Positions 43,895 through 55,003 of a DNA stretch of 64,000 nucleotides are shown in pieces. Made by a program: the position numbers and the translations under genes. The first letter of the stretch is position 1. Every line of letters starts with the position of its first letter. Source of the stretch: a candidate division WOR-3 bacterium (GTDB taxonomy: Bacteria > Hydrothermota > UBA3072). The notes beneath the pieces were generated by a model, which saw only the letters and a program-made list of their open reading frames with translations, did no database searches and was not told where the DNA came from. Where the stretch lies: assembly GCA_023131835.1 (NCBI GenBank), contig JAGLZA010000024.1, positions 2,377 through 66,376 of the forward strand, written 5' to 3'.

Positions 43895-44637
43895 TTTTTC
43901 CTACAAACAAAATAATATCCTCCAACTTGAGACTTAAAAAGACAAGCTAAATAATTCATCACCTTAAATCCAATATTAAAACTGGAAAAAAATGTGTTCA
44001 TTATTGTAAGTGGAAAGAAAAACCCATCATACATTACTTTTTCCATCTGAAAACCACTTTTTCTTATTTTCTCTCTAATAATATCTTCCTTATAAAAATT
44101 AACGTGGTCAGTTATTTTTTGTATATATGGTTGAAATAGTCTATTCCGACATTGAGCCATAAAACATCCTTCATTTGGCACACCTAAGATTAGTATCCCT
44201 CTATTTCTTATACTGTTATAAAGATTATCTAAAACCTTATCATCCTCTTCTATATGCTCTAACACCTGACTACATAACACTATATCAAATTTATCTTTTA
44301 TATATAAGTTAGTTAAATCTCCCTTAAATATTTTTGCCTGTGGATACTCCATCTTTGCCCTTTCAACTCGTACAGGATTATAATCTACACCATAAATCTC
44401 CAATCCTTTTAATTTAGATAAGATATTTAGGTGAACACCATCACCACAACCAGCATCCAAAATTTTTAGCTGAATATCCTTTTTTTGACAAGTCTCTATA
44501 ACTGAAATAATAAAATCCCATCTTTTTTTAATGCTACGTTTGGTAGACTTATCAAATATCTGTTTCATCTGAGGGCTTACATACCATGAATTACCATTAT
44601 CTATCTTTTCTTTAATACCTTTTTTTATGTTAGTCAT
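43891..44637 (-). CDS. Class I SAM-dependent methyltransferase.
   Basis: LDAGCGDGVH. DIVLCSQVLEHIEE. Confidence 0.65.
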   Translation of the reverse strand: MTNIKKGIKEKIDNGNSWYVSPQMKQIFDKSTKRSIKKRWDFIISVIETCQKKDIQLKILDAGCGDGVHLNILSKLKGLEIYGVDYNPVRVERAKMEYPQAKIFKGDLTNLYIKDKFDIVLCSQVLEHIEEDDKVLDNLYNSIRNRGILILGVPNEGCFMAQCRNRLFQPYIQKITDHVNFYKEDIIREKIRKSGFQMEKVMYDGFFFPLTIMNTFFSSFNIGFKVMNYLACLFKSQVGGYYFVCRKK

Positions 44638-45850
44638 GTGTTAGTCCTATTATCAACCTATACAACTTCTCCTCTTTAATAAATATATTCTTCTCATCAT
44701 ATTTAAAACTTCTTTCTACGGACACCTTTGACATTTCTTTTATTTCCTTGTTCGAAAAACTTAGAAGTTTTTCGATACCTTTTTTAATACTATCAACACT
44801 ATATGGATCAACTATGATACCATTTTTTTTGTCAACAAATTGGGTAGGAACAGGATGATTCGATGTTAATATTGGCAATCCTGAAGCCATAGCCTCAACA
44901 AAAACCATACCAAAACCCTCATATAGTGTAGGAAATACAAAGAGATCAGAAATACTATAATAAAGGGGCAAATCTTTATATCCTACAATCCCAGTGAATA
45001 TTACGTGTTTTGATATTCCAAGCATATCAACATAGTTTTTATATCTTAATTTTTCTTCTTTCTTTCTAGTACCTCCAACCACAATTAGGATAGTACTAGC
45101 TTTTATTGATTCTGATAAACCAGCATAAGCTTTAAGTAACCTACCTAAATTTTTCTGTTTATCCCCATATCTACCCACAAATAAAAATACTCGTTTTCCA
45201 CTTATATTAAGTTTATTCTTTAACTTCTCAACCCTCTCTTGTTTAACATTCATATATTGCCTTAAATTTACAGGTTTTGGAACCGATACAATATTAGTAG
45301 ATTTTGCACCGTGTCTACGTGCATAATACTTCAAATAATCACTGATAGCAATTACCTTTAAAGCCTGTTGAATATTATAAGTCTCAATTATGTGTTTCTC
45401 AAGATACACTGCATAATTTGAATGTAATTTGTATCTTCTATCGTAATCATCATGTATAGATTGCACCACTGGAATACCTGTTATTTTCCCTAAAACAGTC
45501 CCTAAAAGTCCTATCTCATGCACATTGGAGTTTCTAATAATAGAAATATTAAATTTTTTAATGATACTTAATCCCACTCTTAAACCTAAAAATGGTTTTA
45601 AAAATAGGTTTTTTGTCCTTATAGGATGGAACATTAATGTGTTATGGTTTTTTAATACTGAATCCTCATCTCCCCACAATGATATAAGATGAACACAGCC
45701 AAACATTCTGTTAGGGTTGTATACCTTCTCTAGATAGTCAAGAGAATACCGCTTTATTCCTTTAGTAGTTTCTTTTATAGGATCATTTATGTAGCATAGT
45801 AATTGGTTATTACTTTTTGTCATTTTTTGGTTCTTCCTAATTTTTCCCAT
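44630..45850 (-). CDS. GT4-family (GT-B) glycosyltransferase.
   Basis: C-terminal EX7E motif EGFGMVFVEAMASGLPIL. Confidence 0.7.
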   Translation of the reverse strand: MGKIRKNQKMTKSNNQLLCYINDPIKETTKGIKRYSLDYLEKVYNPNRMFGCVHLISLWGDEDSVLKNHNTLMFHPIRTKNLFLKPFLGLRVGLSIIKKFNISIIRNSNVHEIGLLGTVLGKITGIPVVQSIHDDYDRRYKLHSNYAVYLEKHIIETYNIQQALKVIAISDYLKYYARRHGAKSTNIVSVPKPVNLRQYMNVKQERVEKLKNKLNISGKRVFLFVGRYGDKQKNLGRLLKAYAGLSESIKASTILIVVGGTRKKEEKLRYKNYVDMLGISKHVIFTGIVGYKDLPLYYSISDLFVFPTLYEGFGMVFVEAMASGLPILTSNHPVPTQFVDKKNGIIVDPYSVDSIKKGIEKLLSFSNKEIKEMSKVSVERSFKYDEKNIFIKEEKLYRLIIGLTHD

Positions 45851-47097
45851 AACCTTAACTTTTCTTGATAGATATTATTTGGACTATGCTGAAAGATAGC
45901 AAACTCCCTACCTTTAGTACCTAATTCTTTTGCAATTTCTGGATTTTCTAAAAGAAAAATAGCCTCATCTGCTAATTGTTCTATGTCCCTAAAATCAACT
46001 AGTAAGCCTGTAACCATGTGTTTAATAACTTCAGGTTGCCAATCACAATCGTATGCAACTACAGGAGTTCCTGAAAGACATGCCTCAACCAATGAATTTC
46101 CTGTTAACGGAGAAAGGACAATATCTGCAGTATAATAAAGATTCCTCAGAAATGCTTGATCTCTAAAACCAAGAATTTTAACTCTACCATCTAATCTATG
46201 ATCCTTCATAAATAACTCCATATCCTTTTGCAATTCGCCTTCACCTGCTATAATAAGATATGTTTGGTTTATCTTTCTTTTTATTATATCAAATGCCTTT
46301 ATCACATCCAGTGAGAATTTTTCAGGTGATAATCGTGACACATAAATTATAATCTTTGAATCTTGAGAAATATCTAGCTCCTCTCTAATATCTTTCCTAC
46401 CATCCAAACTATATTGAACATTATCCACTGCACCTCTCACAATATAACAATTCCCTATAGATGCACCATTTTTTATTGCATATGCTTTAGGATCTTCATC
46501 TGTCCAAATCATATCCACTCTTTTGAATACAAAACGTTCCATTAGCTTCTCTATAAATCTTGGTAATCCTGTTGTTGTCCATTTAGCGTATTTATAAATA
46601 TAATCGTAACTATTCCACATATGTAACATAAATGGTCTATTTGTTAATTTACTCAAAAAATATGCCGTTATACCACTGATATGTGGGTCACCAGCCTCGA
46701 TAAACGTAATATTTTCTGTTTTTATTAACCTCTTTAATTCAAATAATATCTTGACATACTGTATAATTTTCAAAGGGTTTAACATATGTAAATATTTCAA
46801 AAACCTTTCTATGGTACTTAACTTACTAAATTGAGTTGAACCAATAATATCGATCCAACCTGTGAAAATAATAGCAACATCATCAAAATCCACAATCTTA
46901 TGACTTTTACTAAAAAAGAAAGAGGTATAAACTTTTTTGAAATAGCCATCCATTCTTTGTTGTCTTAGACCTGATACAATGGCTCTTATAATTCTTTCAT
47001 TATCTCCACCGTAGTAATTAGGTGAAAGAGCTGGTCCAGAAGATATTATTAGTAACTTCTTATCTTTAGATGAATTTTTCTCTGTGTTAAACATCAT
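45820..47097 (-). CDS. GT1/GT4-like (GT-B) glycosyltransferase.
   Basis: C-terminal SPLTGNSLVEACLSGTPVVAYD. Domain organisation as in GT-B enzymes. Confidence 0.55.
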   Translation of the reverse strand: MMFNTEKNSSKDKKLLIISSGPALSPNYYGGDNERIIRAIVSGLRQQRMDGYFKKVYTSFFFSKSHKIVDFDDVAIIFTGWIDIIGSTQFSKLSTIERFLKYLHMLNPLKIIQYVKILFELKRLIKTENITFIEAGDPHISGITAYFLSKLTNRPFMLHMWNSYDYIYKYAKWTTTGLPRFIEKLMERFVFKRVDMIWTDEDPKAYAIKNGASIGNCYIVRGAVDNVQYSLDGRKDIREELDISQDSKIIIYVSRLSPEKFSLDVIKAFDIIKRKINQTYLIIAGEGELQKDMELFMKDHRLDGRVKILGFRDQAFLRNLYYTADIVLSPLTGNSLVEACLSGTPVVAYDCDWQPEVIKHMVTGLLVDFRDIEQLADEAIFLLENPEIAKELGTKGREFAIFQHSPNNIYQEKLRLWEKLGRTKK

Positions 47098-48266
47098 TTT
47101 AATACCTCAAAATATCTATTACAATAACTTCTAATTGTATAATATTTTTCATAAGCTTCTTTTACCTTCAAACTATAGTCTTCTTTTTTAAAATTTACTA
47201 ATAAATTTTTAAGCTCTATATCATTATTATAAACCAAACTCTTATTGATATTATTAGCTATCTCAGATAATCCCCCTACATTAGATACAACAATAGGTAT
47301 TCCTACTGATAAAGATTCCAACGCTACTATAGGAGCATTCTCTGCACCAGAAGAAGGGATGATAAGTGCTGATGCATCTTTATATAATGAATATAACGAA
47401 TTACGATCTGACCATCCTATGTATTTTATATATCTATCTAAATTATTTGAACTAATAAATCGTTTTATGTGGGTTTCCAAACTACCGCCACCCGCAATAA
47501 TCAATTTTATACCTATTTCTTTATGATATTTATTAAAAAACTCCAATAAATCTAGTATGCCTTTATGCCTTTCTAACACCCCAGCATATAAAAAATATTT
47601 GGAGTATTTAGAGTCTTCTATGTTTTGAGGTGGATCTGGAGCAAAATTTGGTATAACAGTTATTGGTGTTTTTATTCTTCCTTGAATTAAAATATTTTTA
47701 ACAAATACACTCGGAGCTATGATCGTTTTAATATCTTTTAAGCTCCTATCTAATAAACCCGTATATCTCCATATCTGTGGTACTTTTTTCGATTTTAGCA
47801 TACACAAAAGGCAGTTCTTATCAAATTGACATCCAATGGTTAGCGTCCCTCGTGGACAAACCAACCAATTAGTGTGTTCTGTATATACTTTTATTCCATC
47901 ACCGAGTTCCATAACTTTCTGACCCAAAAACGAAATATTATGATAGTGTATAACATCAAAATTCTCCCTCATTATTTCTTGTAGTTTGCTTTTAAAAAAT
48001 GGTATACCTGTTACAAAAGATGAGATAGGAGATATAGCTCCTACAGAACTCTTTATTGCATGCACATGGACATTTTCATTATTGGGATAATCTTCATTTG
48101 GTTCTTCCTTTCGTTTTAGGTAATAAGAATCTATACAGTGTACTGTGTGAACTTCGTGACCCATTTTTGCTAACTCATTTGCAAGGAAGTAAACTTGAAC
48201 ATCTGCACCTCCATAATGATAAGGAGGGTAGAATGAGTTTACCATCAAGAATTTTAAGGTCTCCAT
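47094..48266 (-). CDS. GT4-family glycosyltransferase.
   Basis: ENAPIVALESLSVGIPIV, the EX7E motif. Confidence 0.7.
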   Translation of the reverse strand: METLKFLMVNSFYPPYHYGGADVQVYFLANELAKMGHEVHTVHCIDSYYLKRKEEPNEDYPNNENVHVHAIKSSVGAISPISSFVTGIPFFKSKLQEIMRENFDVIHYHNISFLGQKVMELGDGIKVYTEHTNWLVCPRGTLTIGCQFDKNCLLCMLKSKKVPQIWRYTGLLDRSLKDIKTIIAPSVFVKNILIQGRIKTPITVIPNFAPDPPQNIEDSKYSKYFLYAGVLERHKGILDLLEFFNKYHKEIGIKLIIAGGGSLETHIKRFISSNNLDRYIKYIGWSDRNSLYSLYKDASALIIPSSGAENAPIVALESLSVGIPIVVSNVGGLSEIANNINKSLVYNNDIELKNLLVNFKKEDYSLKVKEAYEKYYTIRSYCNRYFEVLK

Positions 48267-48268
48267 TG

Positions 48269-49684
48269 TTAAATTTCTTTCTCCATTCCCTTAACTAACC
48301 TTCTAAGAACTTTAAACGCATAGTCAAATCCCAATCTGAGGTCGTTTGGGTTTTTCATTGCATACCAAATATTCGATAACCACCATCCTGGACTTAGGTA
48401 GACATCTCTATATATCTCCTTTCTGTATTCGTTAATTTCATCAATAGACAATTCACATAAGCTTACAGGTGTTTCATAAAGTAATAAATCCTCAAACTTC
48501 AATTCTCCTATCTTACCTTGTTTTACTGCATCCTTATATAACTTACATCTTGGATAAGGCACTAAACTATTAACCTGAAAACCTGTTGGTCTCATCTCCT
48601 TTATGAAATCTTTTGTCTTTTTTATTGTTACTTTTGTCTCTCCTGGTAATCCAACTATGAATGATGCATATTGCTTAATCCCCACTTCTTTTAGGTTTCG
48701 TAATGCTACCTTAGCATCTAAAACATTTATCCTCTTATTGATTAAATCCAAAACTTCTTGTGAACCCGACTCTACTCCTATAGATACACCTCTACACCCT
48801 GCTTCCTTCATTAACTCTGCTTGTTTTTTTGTTATATCTGCCCTAACATTAGCAAACCACTCTATCCTTAAATCTCTTCCTATTATCTCCTCACAAATAT
48901 CAATAACCCTCTTCCTATTTATATTAAAAGTCGCATCAAAGAAGTTTATGTATTTTACACCCCTTCCTTGAAGATACTCTATTTCATCTGCTACTTTTTC
49001 TACATCCCTAAAAATAGGTTTCAAATCAGCTATTGTGCAAAAACTACATCCCATTCCGCATCCTTTCATTGATTCAACAAATACACAAGGACGAATAGAT
49101 GGTACTTGTACCCAATAAACACTAAAATTAGGAATAAGATTCCATGCAGGCGTAGGTAACGAGCTGAAATCAAACCTTTTGTAATTAGGTGAATTTACTA
49201 TTATACCTTTATTATCTCTATATGCTATTCCATTAATATCTCCTAAATTAGTATTATTCACTAACTCTAAAATTGATATTTCATAATCATAATCAGTTAT
49301 GTAGACATCCACATTTATAGCTCTTTCTAAAGTTTCTATAGGTATTGTTGTAAGCGAATAACATATCATTACTGTCTGTATCTTCTTACTTATACCCTTA
49401 ACTATATCTCCAACCTTAATATCTGAATAGAACGTTTCTGGAGTACTTTTAAATATTACAATATCTGGTTTTCCTTTTTCTATCTCTTTCTTTATGTATC
49501 CGAAATCAAAATCGTATCCATTTGCATCTATTAATTCTACGTTATGGTTCTTTTTTAATAACAAACCCGCTAAATACACAAATCCATGTGGAGTAATTAC
49601 ATTGGGAATTGTATTTTCACACCTGTCCTCTCTTCCAACTGGTACGTCATTAAACCTTGGTGGATTAATAAGTATGATTTTCAT
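48269..49684 (-). CDS. B12-binding radical SAM enzyme (class B).
   Basis: N-terminal Rossmann-like B12-binding domain. CGMGCSFC is the CxxxCxxC motif. Confidence 0.7.
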   Translation of the reverse strand: MKIILINPPRFNDVPVGREDRCENTIPNVITPHGFVYLAGLLLKKNHNVELIDANGYDFDFGYIKKEIEKGKPDIVIFKSTPETFYSDIKVGDIVKGISKKIQTVMICYSLTTIPIETLERAINVDVYITDYDYEISILELVNNTNLGDINGIAYRDNKGIIVNSPNYKRFDFSSLPTPAWNLIPNFSVYWVQVPSIRPCVFVESMKGCGMGCSFCTIADLKPIFRDVEKVADEIEYLQGRGVKYINFFDATFNINRKRVIDICEEIIGRDLRIEWFANVRADITKKQAELMKEAGCRGVSIGVESGSQEVLDLINKRINVLDAKVALRNLKEVGIKQYASFIVGLPGETKVTIKKTKDFIKEMRPTGFQVNSLVPYPRCKLYKDAVKQGKIGELKFEDLLLYETPVSLCELSIDEINEYRKEIYRDVYLSPGWWLSNIWYAMKNPNDLRLGFDYAFKVLRRLVKGMEKEI

Positions 49685-50871
49685 AAGCTATCACCAACTC
49701 TTTCATACAAACTAACAATTTTTTTAATATTCTCTTTCCACGAAAAGTTCTCTACTACCACATCTCTTCCCTTTTTACCCATCTCTACAAACTTTTTATA
49801 ATCATTTAGCACCATATTTATTGCAAATGACAAACCATACATATTGATATTGTTTACATTTAAAAGAATCCCATTATTTCTATCCTTTAAAACTTCAGAT
49901 ACACCACCTACATTAGTTGCTATAGAAGGCACTTCACATGCCATTGCTTCCAATAAACTCGTTGGAAAATTCTCGTGAAACGAAGGTAACACAAAAACAT
50001 CCGAAATACTATAATACTCTACAAGTCTATTATAATCTACATGTCCTAAGAACTCATAGTTCCATATTGGTATCTCAAACTTGTCAATTAAGTTCTCAAA
50101 ATATGATTGGTTACCTCGTCCCGCAAATAAAAATAATACATCTTCATGGTTTTTTATTATTTCCTTCATCGATTTAATTAATATACCTACACCTTTGAGA
50201 CCTATGAGCCTCCCACAATAAAATATTACTTCTCTATCTTTATATACTCGTGAATTAATAAACTCAAATTTCTTTCTCTTGTAAAAGAAATCCGTATCAA
50301 CTGAATTGTGAATAACTTCTACACCATTTAAACTATATTCCTTTTCAAGATAATTTTTCATCCAATTTGAAACAGTAATATACTTCCTTTCTCTTGAAAA
50401 ATAAAAATCCTCTGCTAATCTCAAAAAAGGATATAATAGATAGGTCATCCTTTCTGAGAACTCTGCATTCCTGAAAGAAGTTGCCATTTTTGTACCGCTT
50501 CTTTGTAACTTAATTGTTGAATGAACTGTAGTTACAGTAGGTATATCTAACTTTTTAAGACTTAGTAGAAGATCAGGCATATGTGCTGTATGAGAATGAA
50601 TTACATCAACTCCTTCTTCTTTTAGTAATTGTGGTATTTCTTTCAGACAATAATACTGAAATTTTAAATTATATATAAAAGTATCTCCTGCCTTAATCGT
50701 TTTTATGACTTTCATATTGTTATGGAGATACTTAGTTTCAACATCTCCTCTATCTGGAGTTACAACAATTAACTCAAAATCCTCAGGTAAATGTTTTACT
50801 AGTTCGACAATATAAGTTCCAACACCACCCCAGTTTGGTATGAACTCGGGTGCAAGCATACATATCTTCAT
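49681..50871 (-). CDS. GT4-family glycosyltransferase.
   Basis: ENFPTSLLEAMACEVPSI, the EX7E motif. Confidence 0.7.
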   Translation of the reverse strand: MKICMLAPEFIPNWGGVGTYIVELVKHLPEDFELIVVTPDRGDVETKYLHNNMKVIKTIKAGDTFIYNLKFQYYCLKEIPQLLKEEGVDVIHSHTAHMPDLLLSLKKLDIPTVTTVHSTIKLQRSGTKMATSFRNAEFSERMTYLLYPFLRLAEDFYFSRERKYITVSNWMKNYLEKEYSLNGVEVIHNSVDTDFFYKRKKFEFINSRVYKDREVIFYCGRLIGLKGVGILIKSMKEIIKNHEDVLFLFAGRGNQSYFENLIDKFEIPIWNYEFLGHVDYNRLVEYYSISDVFVLPSFHENFPTSLLEAMACEVPSIATNVGGVSEVLKDRNNGILLNVNNINMYGLSFAINMVLNDYKKFVEMGKKGRDVVVENFSWKENIKKIVSLYERVGDSL

Positions 50872-50891
50872 TTTTCTTTTTCCTCCTTATT

Positions 50892-52445
50892 TTATAAAAA
50901 CTTTTTTATTATTCTGCTTATCCAATCAGACTTTGTTCCCAATCTCTGGTCTATCACCATCATTATCATCAAATCCTCTTCCTCAAAACTTTTTAGAAAT
51001 AAGAGCAGTACGAAATAAAGAATTAAGAAAACAAAAAACATACCAACTAAAGTAAAAACCGAAATCCCTATTATGTATTTTGTTATTCCATAAACCACCA
51101 AAACACTTACTAAAGAAGCAAAAAGAGGTTTAAAAAATGTTTTTCTAAAAGGTTGTATATTTGCTATCTTGTAAACAAAAAGTAAATGCAAAACAGATAT
51201 TAAAGCAATTGATATACCAGTCGCTATCGCTGCACCTTTAATTCCATAAAGAGGTATTAACAAATAATTTAATCCAAAATTAAGTAAAGCACCAAAAAAA
51301 CTACACCACATTAATATTTTTGTTTTTCCATAAGTTTGAAGTACCTCACTAGCAGGACCAATGATACAAATAATTAAATAACCAAATGCTAAAATACACA
51401 ACGATGTAGATCCTACTATATACTCTTCTCCAAACATAATCCCAAGAATCCACTCAGAGAAAAGAACCATCAACAAAAACACTGGTAGAACCAATGAAAA
51501 AATCCATTTCGTTACTACGATGTAGGTTTTTCTCAAATCCTCAATAGCGTTTTTTGAATATAACTCCGAAATCACTGGCATAAAGATCACACCAAAAGAA
51601 CCAAGAAAAACACTTAGCAACTTTGCAGTTGGCAAAGCTGCATTGTATATCCCCACATCAGATGCTGTAGAAAAATAACCAAGCATAAATGTATCTGTCC
51701 ATCCATAGATTATTCCCGCTAAACCTGCAAATATTAGAGGAAAAGAAAAAGTAAAAAGTTTTCTTTCCATAGAAATAGCTTTTACTTTTGTTTTTAGAAT
51801 AGGAAAAACTCTCTTTTCAAGAAAATAAAAAGCTAAAAATGGCATTAATATAATAGCTAAAACCCAACCCCATGCAGCCCCTATTACTCCAAATCCTAAT
51901 CCTACAAAAAAAACAATCGCAACTAGTTTAAAGACATTTTGAAAGATATCATTTACATAAACACTATACCTCATATCCTGAAAACCAATTGTTACATATA
52001 TAAAAACCAATGCTAAAACATAAAAAGGGATCGCTATAGAGAAAATCCTTAGAACTGGTATTAAAGTCACCTCATTAAAAAAAATAACTGAAATCCAATC
52101 TGCATTAAAAAATATAAGAAATGCAAAAATCAAACTTATAGGAAAACTTAATCTTAACGCACCTAAAATTGTCCCCTTAATCCTTCCATCATCACCTTTT
52201 CCCTTATAATAAGAAACGTATCTTTGTATCCCGATAGGCAAACCAATCATAGAAATGCCTACTACAACCGTCATCATTCCAAAACCAAGCGATATTAACC
52301 CGTAATCACTTGCGCCTAAAAACCTTGCTATAATCATCCTCGAAAAAAAACCAAAAGTCATCCCAATTAGAGTTCCAACGAAGCCAATCCCCGCACCCTT
52401 AGCTATTTTTCTTAACGATTTCCCCAAGAAGTCTTCATTTGGCAT
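50892..52445 (-). CDS. Wzx-like (MOP superfamily) polysaccharide/oligosaccharide flippase.
   Basis: About 14 predicted TM helices over 517 aa. Located inside the glycosyltransferase cluster. Confidence 0.6.
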   Translation of the reverse strand: MPNEDFLGKSLRKIAKGAGIGFVGTLIGMTFGFFSRMIIARFLGASDYGLISLGFGMMTVVVGISMIGLPIGIQRYVSYYKGKGDDGRIKGTILGALRLSFPISLIFAFLIFFNADWISVIFFNEVTLIPVLRIFSIAIPFYVLALVFIYVTIGFQDMRYSVYVNDIFQNVFKLVAIVFFVGLGFGVIGAAWGWVLAIILMPFLAFYFLEKRVFPILKTKVKAISMERKLFTFSFPLIFAGLAGIIYGWTDTFMLGYFSTASDVGIYNAALPTAKLLSVFLGSFGVIFMPVISELYSKNAIEDLRKTYIVVTKWIFSLVLPVFLLMVLFSEWILGIMFGEEYIVGSTSLCILAFGYLIICIIGPASEVLQTYGKTKILMWCSFFGALLNFGLNYLLIPLYGIKGAAIATGISIALISVLHLLFVYKIANIQPFRKTFFKPLFASLVSVLVVYGITKYIIGISVFTLVGMFFVFLILYFVLLLFLKSFEEEDLMIMMVIDQRLGTKSDWISRIIKKFL

Positions 52446-52462
52446 TTTCTATACTTTTCCAC

Positions 52463-53989
52463 CTAACTAATACGAATTTCATACAGACTATATTTACCTT
52501 TCTGCTTAATCAAACTAATCATATTTTTGTTTTTCATAAAATCCTCAATTGTTACATAATCATTATCAACTAAAACATAATTAATACCATAGTTATGAAT
52601 AAAATATTCAACCTTCTCTTTAAGAATAGGAAAAAATACCTCAAGCTCTTTGAAACCACTAGAATGTCCACCCCATAATACTTTTTTTCCTGTAATATAC
52701 GTAACAAATTCTGCTAATGCAACAGGAAAACACATAACATTATCCCTTGGTAATTCTTTTAGGTAATCAGTTATTTCTTCTAAATCCTTATCAATCAACC
52801 CCATACGTTTTCCATTCTTGATATTTTTGTATGAAAGATAAACTACTAAGAGAGAAGGTAAAATAGCTATAACTAAAACTGGAATGCTTACAATCTGTTT
52901 AAAAGATACAAACAAACTTCCAGCTAGGTATGCTATTGGGAATGCAACAGGATATGCATATAGAAACCCTTCCCCAAGACATCTAAAAGGTTCAATAAAA
53001 GTAGTCACAAAAATCCACCCATAAACTATTAATACTAAAATAATAAAGTATTTTTCCACCAAACCCAAATCACTTAATTTAAAAATGAAAGGAAAAACAA
53101 CTAATACAAAAGGATTCCTTGCAAATATTTCAACAGCTTTTAAGAGTGAAGGATTATCTGAAAAAACTCTATCTATCTTAGGTGACAATGAAATTGGTAC
53201 TTTTGATGCTACTTTCTCTTCTCTCTTATATAAAAAAGAATCATTTATTTGATGTGCTCGTAAATAGTTTATGTTTCTTTTCCAAAAAGTTACTATGTCG
53301 TAATGCCCTCTTAGTATTTTCAGATAGAATCCCTTAGAAAAAACTATAGCAAAAAAGAAGATAATAGGTACAACTGCTACAAACACCAAATCTAAGGTTA
53401 TTACAGAATAAGATAAAAGAAACACCACCATTATTTGGGTGGTCATCTTATGAGTAAATAAGACCAAAACTCCGAACAGTATAATAGCTAATAAAAAATA
53501 GTAGTTGTTAGTTAATTCAATTAGAAGCACGGATAAAAATACTATTGAAAAAAACAGGGATCCTAAACTTCTTGGATTTAGTTGAAAATTGTATGTAATT
53601 AGGATTGGCATTATTGCATACACCAAACCCGCTATTAAAGTCAATGCTATATTTTGAGTTAGTAAAAACGCAACCAAAACCAACAAAAACAACTGAAAAC
53701 AATCAATCAATGGAGCAATTAAGTATCCATATTTTCTTATTCTTTTCTCACCTAATTTAGAAATCAAAATAGGAAATAAAGGAGGATAACATTGTTCATT
53801 ACTATCAAGAAGGTAGTTATCAATCTTTATAGAAAATCCATGCTTCTCACTTAAATTCTTTATGTATAAGAGCCAATACCAAATATCAATTCCTATTTTC
53901 CTGTTATGATATAAATTGGGTTTGATTCTGAGATAGAACGATAAAACCAATACTATTCCTAAAAGTAAAACATATGTTAGATTTTGCAT
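52463..53989 (-). CDS. Polytopic membrane protein with a C-terminal soluble domain. It may be a GT-C-type glycosyltransferase or a polymerase. I found no WWDYG motif.
   Basis: Many TM helices at the N-terminus and an approximately 130-aa hydrophilic tail. Position within the cluster. Confidence 0.35.
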   Translation of the reverse strand: MQNLTYVLLLGIVLVLSFYLRIKPNLYHNRKIGIDIWYWLLYIKNLSEKHGFSIKIDNYLLDSNEQCYPPLFPILISKLGEKRIRKYGYLIAPLIDCFQLFLLVLVAFLLTQNIALTLIAGLVYAIMPILITYNFQLNPRSLGSLFFSIVFLSVLLIELTNNYYFLLAIILFGVLVLFTHKMTTQIMVVFLLSYSVITLDLVFVAVVPIIFFFAIVFSKGFYLKILRGHYDIVTFWKRNINYLRAHQINDSFLYKREEKVASKVPISLSPKIDRVFSDNPSLLKAVEIFARNPFVLVVFPFIFKLSDLGLVEKYFIILVLIVYGWIFVTTFIEPFRCLGEGFLYAYPVAFPIAYLAGSLFVSFKQIVSIPVLVIAILPSLLVVYLSYKNIKNGKRMGLIDKDLEEITDYLKELPRDNVMCFPVALAEFVTYITGKKVLWGGHSSGFKELEVFFPILKEKVEYFIHNYGINYVLVDNDYVTIEDFMKNKNMISLIKQKGKYSLYEIRIS

Positions 53990-53998
53990 TTTTACTAC

Positions 53999-54967
53999 CT
54001 ATTTTAATTTTGCATAACTTGCAGGTGATATAAAAAACCCTACCCACCCATAGTCATTATCACTATCATAAGTAATACATCGTGCATTAGCTGCACCTGG
54101 AAACTCAGTATTAATCATCGTACCATTATTTGTATATGTTGTTGTAATCACTCCTGTAGGGGTTGTATCAAAAGTGCACCAAATTCTGTTATTACTATCA
54201 CCACCTAAATCATAAATATTATTGTAATCAAAAGTTACGAATGTAGAATAAGTATTATCTGAAGTATCGTATTTTACAAGCTTTGCTGGAGAAGTCCACG
54301 ATGAAATCCATAGATAAGTTCCGTCCCAATAAGATTCACTAGGATTAAAATTTAGATTGTAAACTACATACGAATTATTATTCACATTAAACTTCGCAAG
54401 GAAGCCGTTAGGCGGGTTGTTTCCCGTTATCCAAATCCATTCACCATCAAATTGAGCAGAGCACGCATCATGATGCCCTAAGATTGTATACTCAGTATAT
54501 GAACCATCATTAGGATCCATCTTAGTAATTTTTGTAGTAGTAGCATCATGCATAATCCATAAATAATCATTTGCATAACACATCCTTGCAGGACTTGGTG
54601 ATCCAAGTGAAAATGTTGTATAAGTACCGTCGGTCGCATTCATCTTCATTATCTTGTGTGGAAACGTATACAAACCCGAGAAGATGGACCCGTTACCTGC
54701 ACACATATCAACTGGTAATCCATCACCAGCACCAAGAATGTAAATAGTATACCCTGCTGGATTTGTTGGATCAAATTTTACAATTTTTCCAGGGTTTGTA
54801 TACAAAGATCCCCAAATATAAGAATTATTATAGCACATCATTTGGCTTTTATCTTCACCTGTAGAAAGATTGTACATGGTATAACCACCATTAAGAATCG
54901 TTAAAAAAATTACTAATAGTATAATAACCACCACCAATCCTATTAATAATCTAAATTTTTTTTTCAT
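53999..54967 (-). CDS. Secreted/anchored beta-rich repeat protein (322 aa).
   Basis: N-terminal TM/signal segment LLIGLVVVIILLVIFL. Repeated Y/W-rich, beta-propeller-like segments. Confidence 0.45.
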   Translation of the reverse strand: MKKKFRLLIGLVVVIILLVIFLTILNGGYTMYNLSTGEDKSQMMCYNNSYIWGSLYTNPGKIVKFDPTNPAGYTIYILGAGDGLPVDMCAGNGSIFSGLYTFPHKIMKMNATDGTYTTFSLGSPSPARMCYANDYLWIMHDATTTKITKMDPNDGSYTEYTILGHHDACSAQFDGEWIWITGNNPPNGFLAKFNVNNNSYVVYNLNFNPSESYWDGTYLWISSWTSPAKLVKYDTSDNTYSTFVTFDYNNIYDLGGDSNNRIWCTFDTTPTGVITTTYTNNGTMINTEFPGAANARCITYDSDNDYGWVGFFISPASYAKLK

Positions 54968-55003
54968 GTATTTATAATTATCCTTTGATTACTTAGAATC
55001 CAG

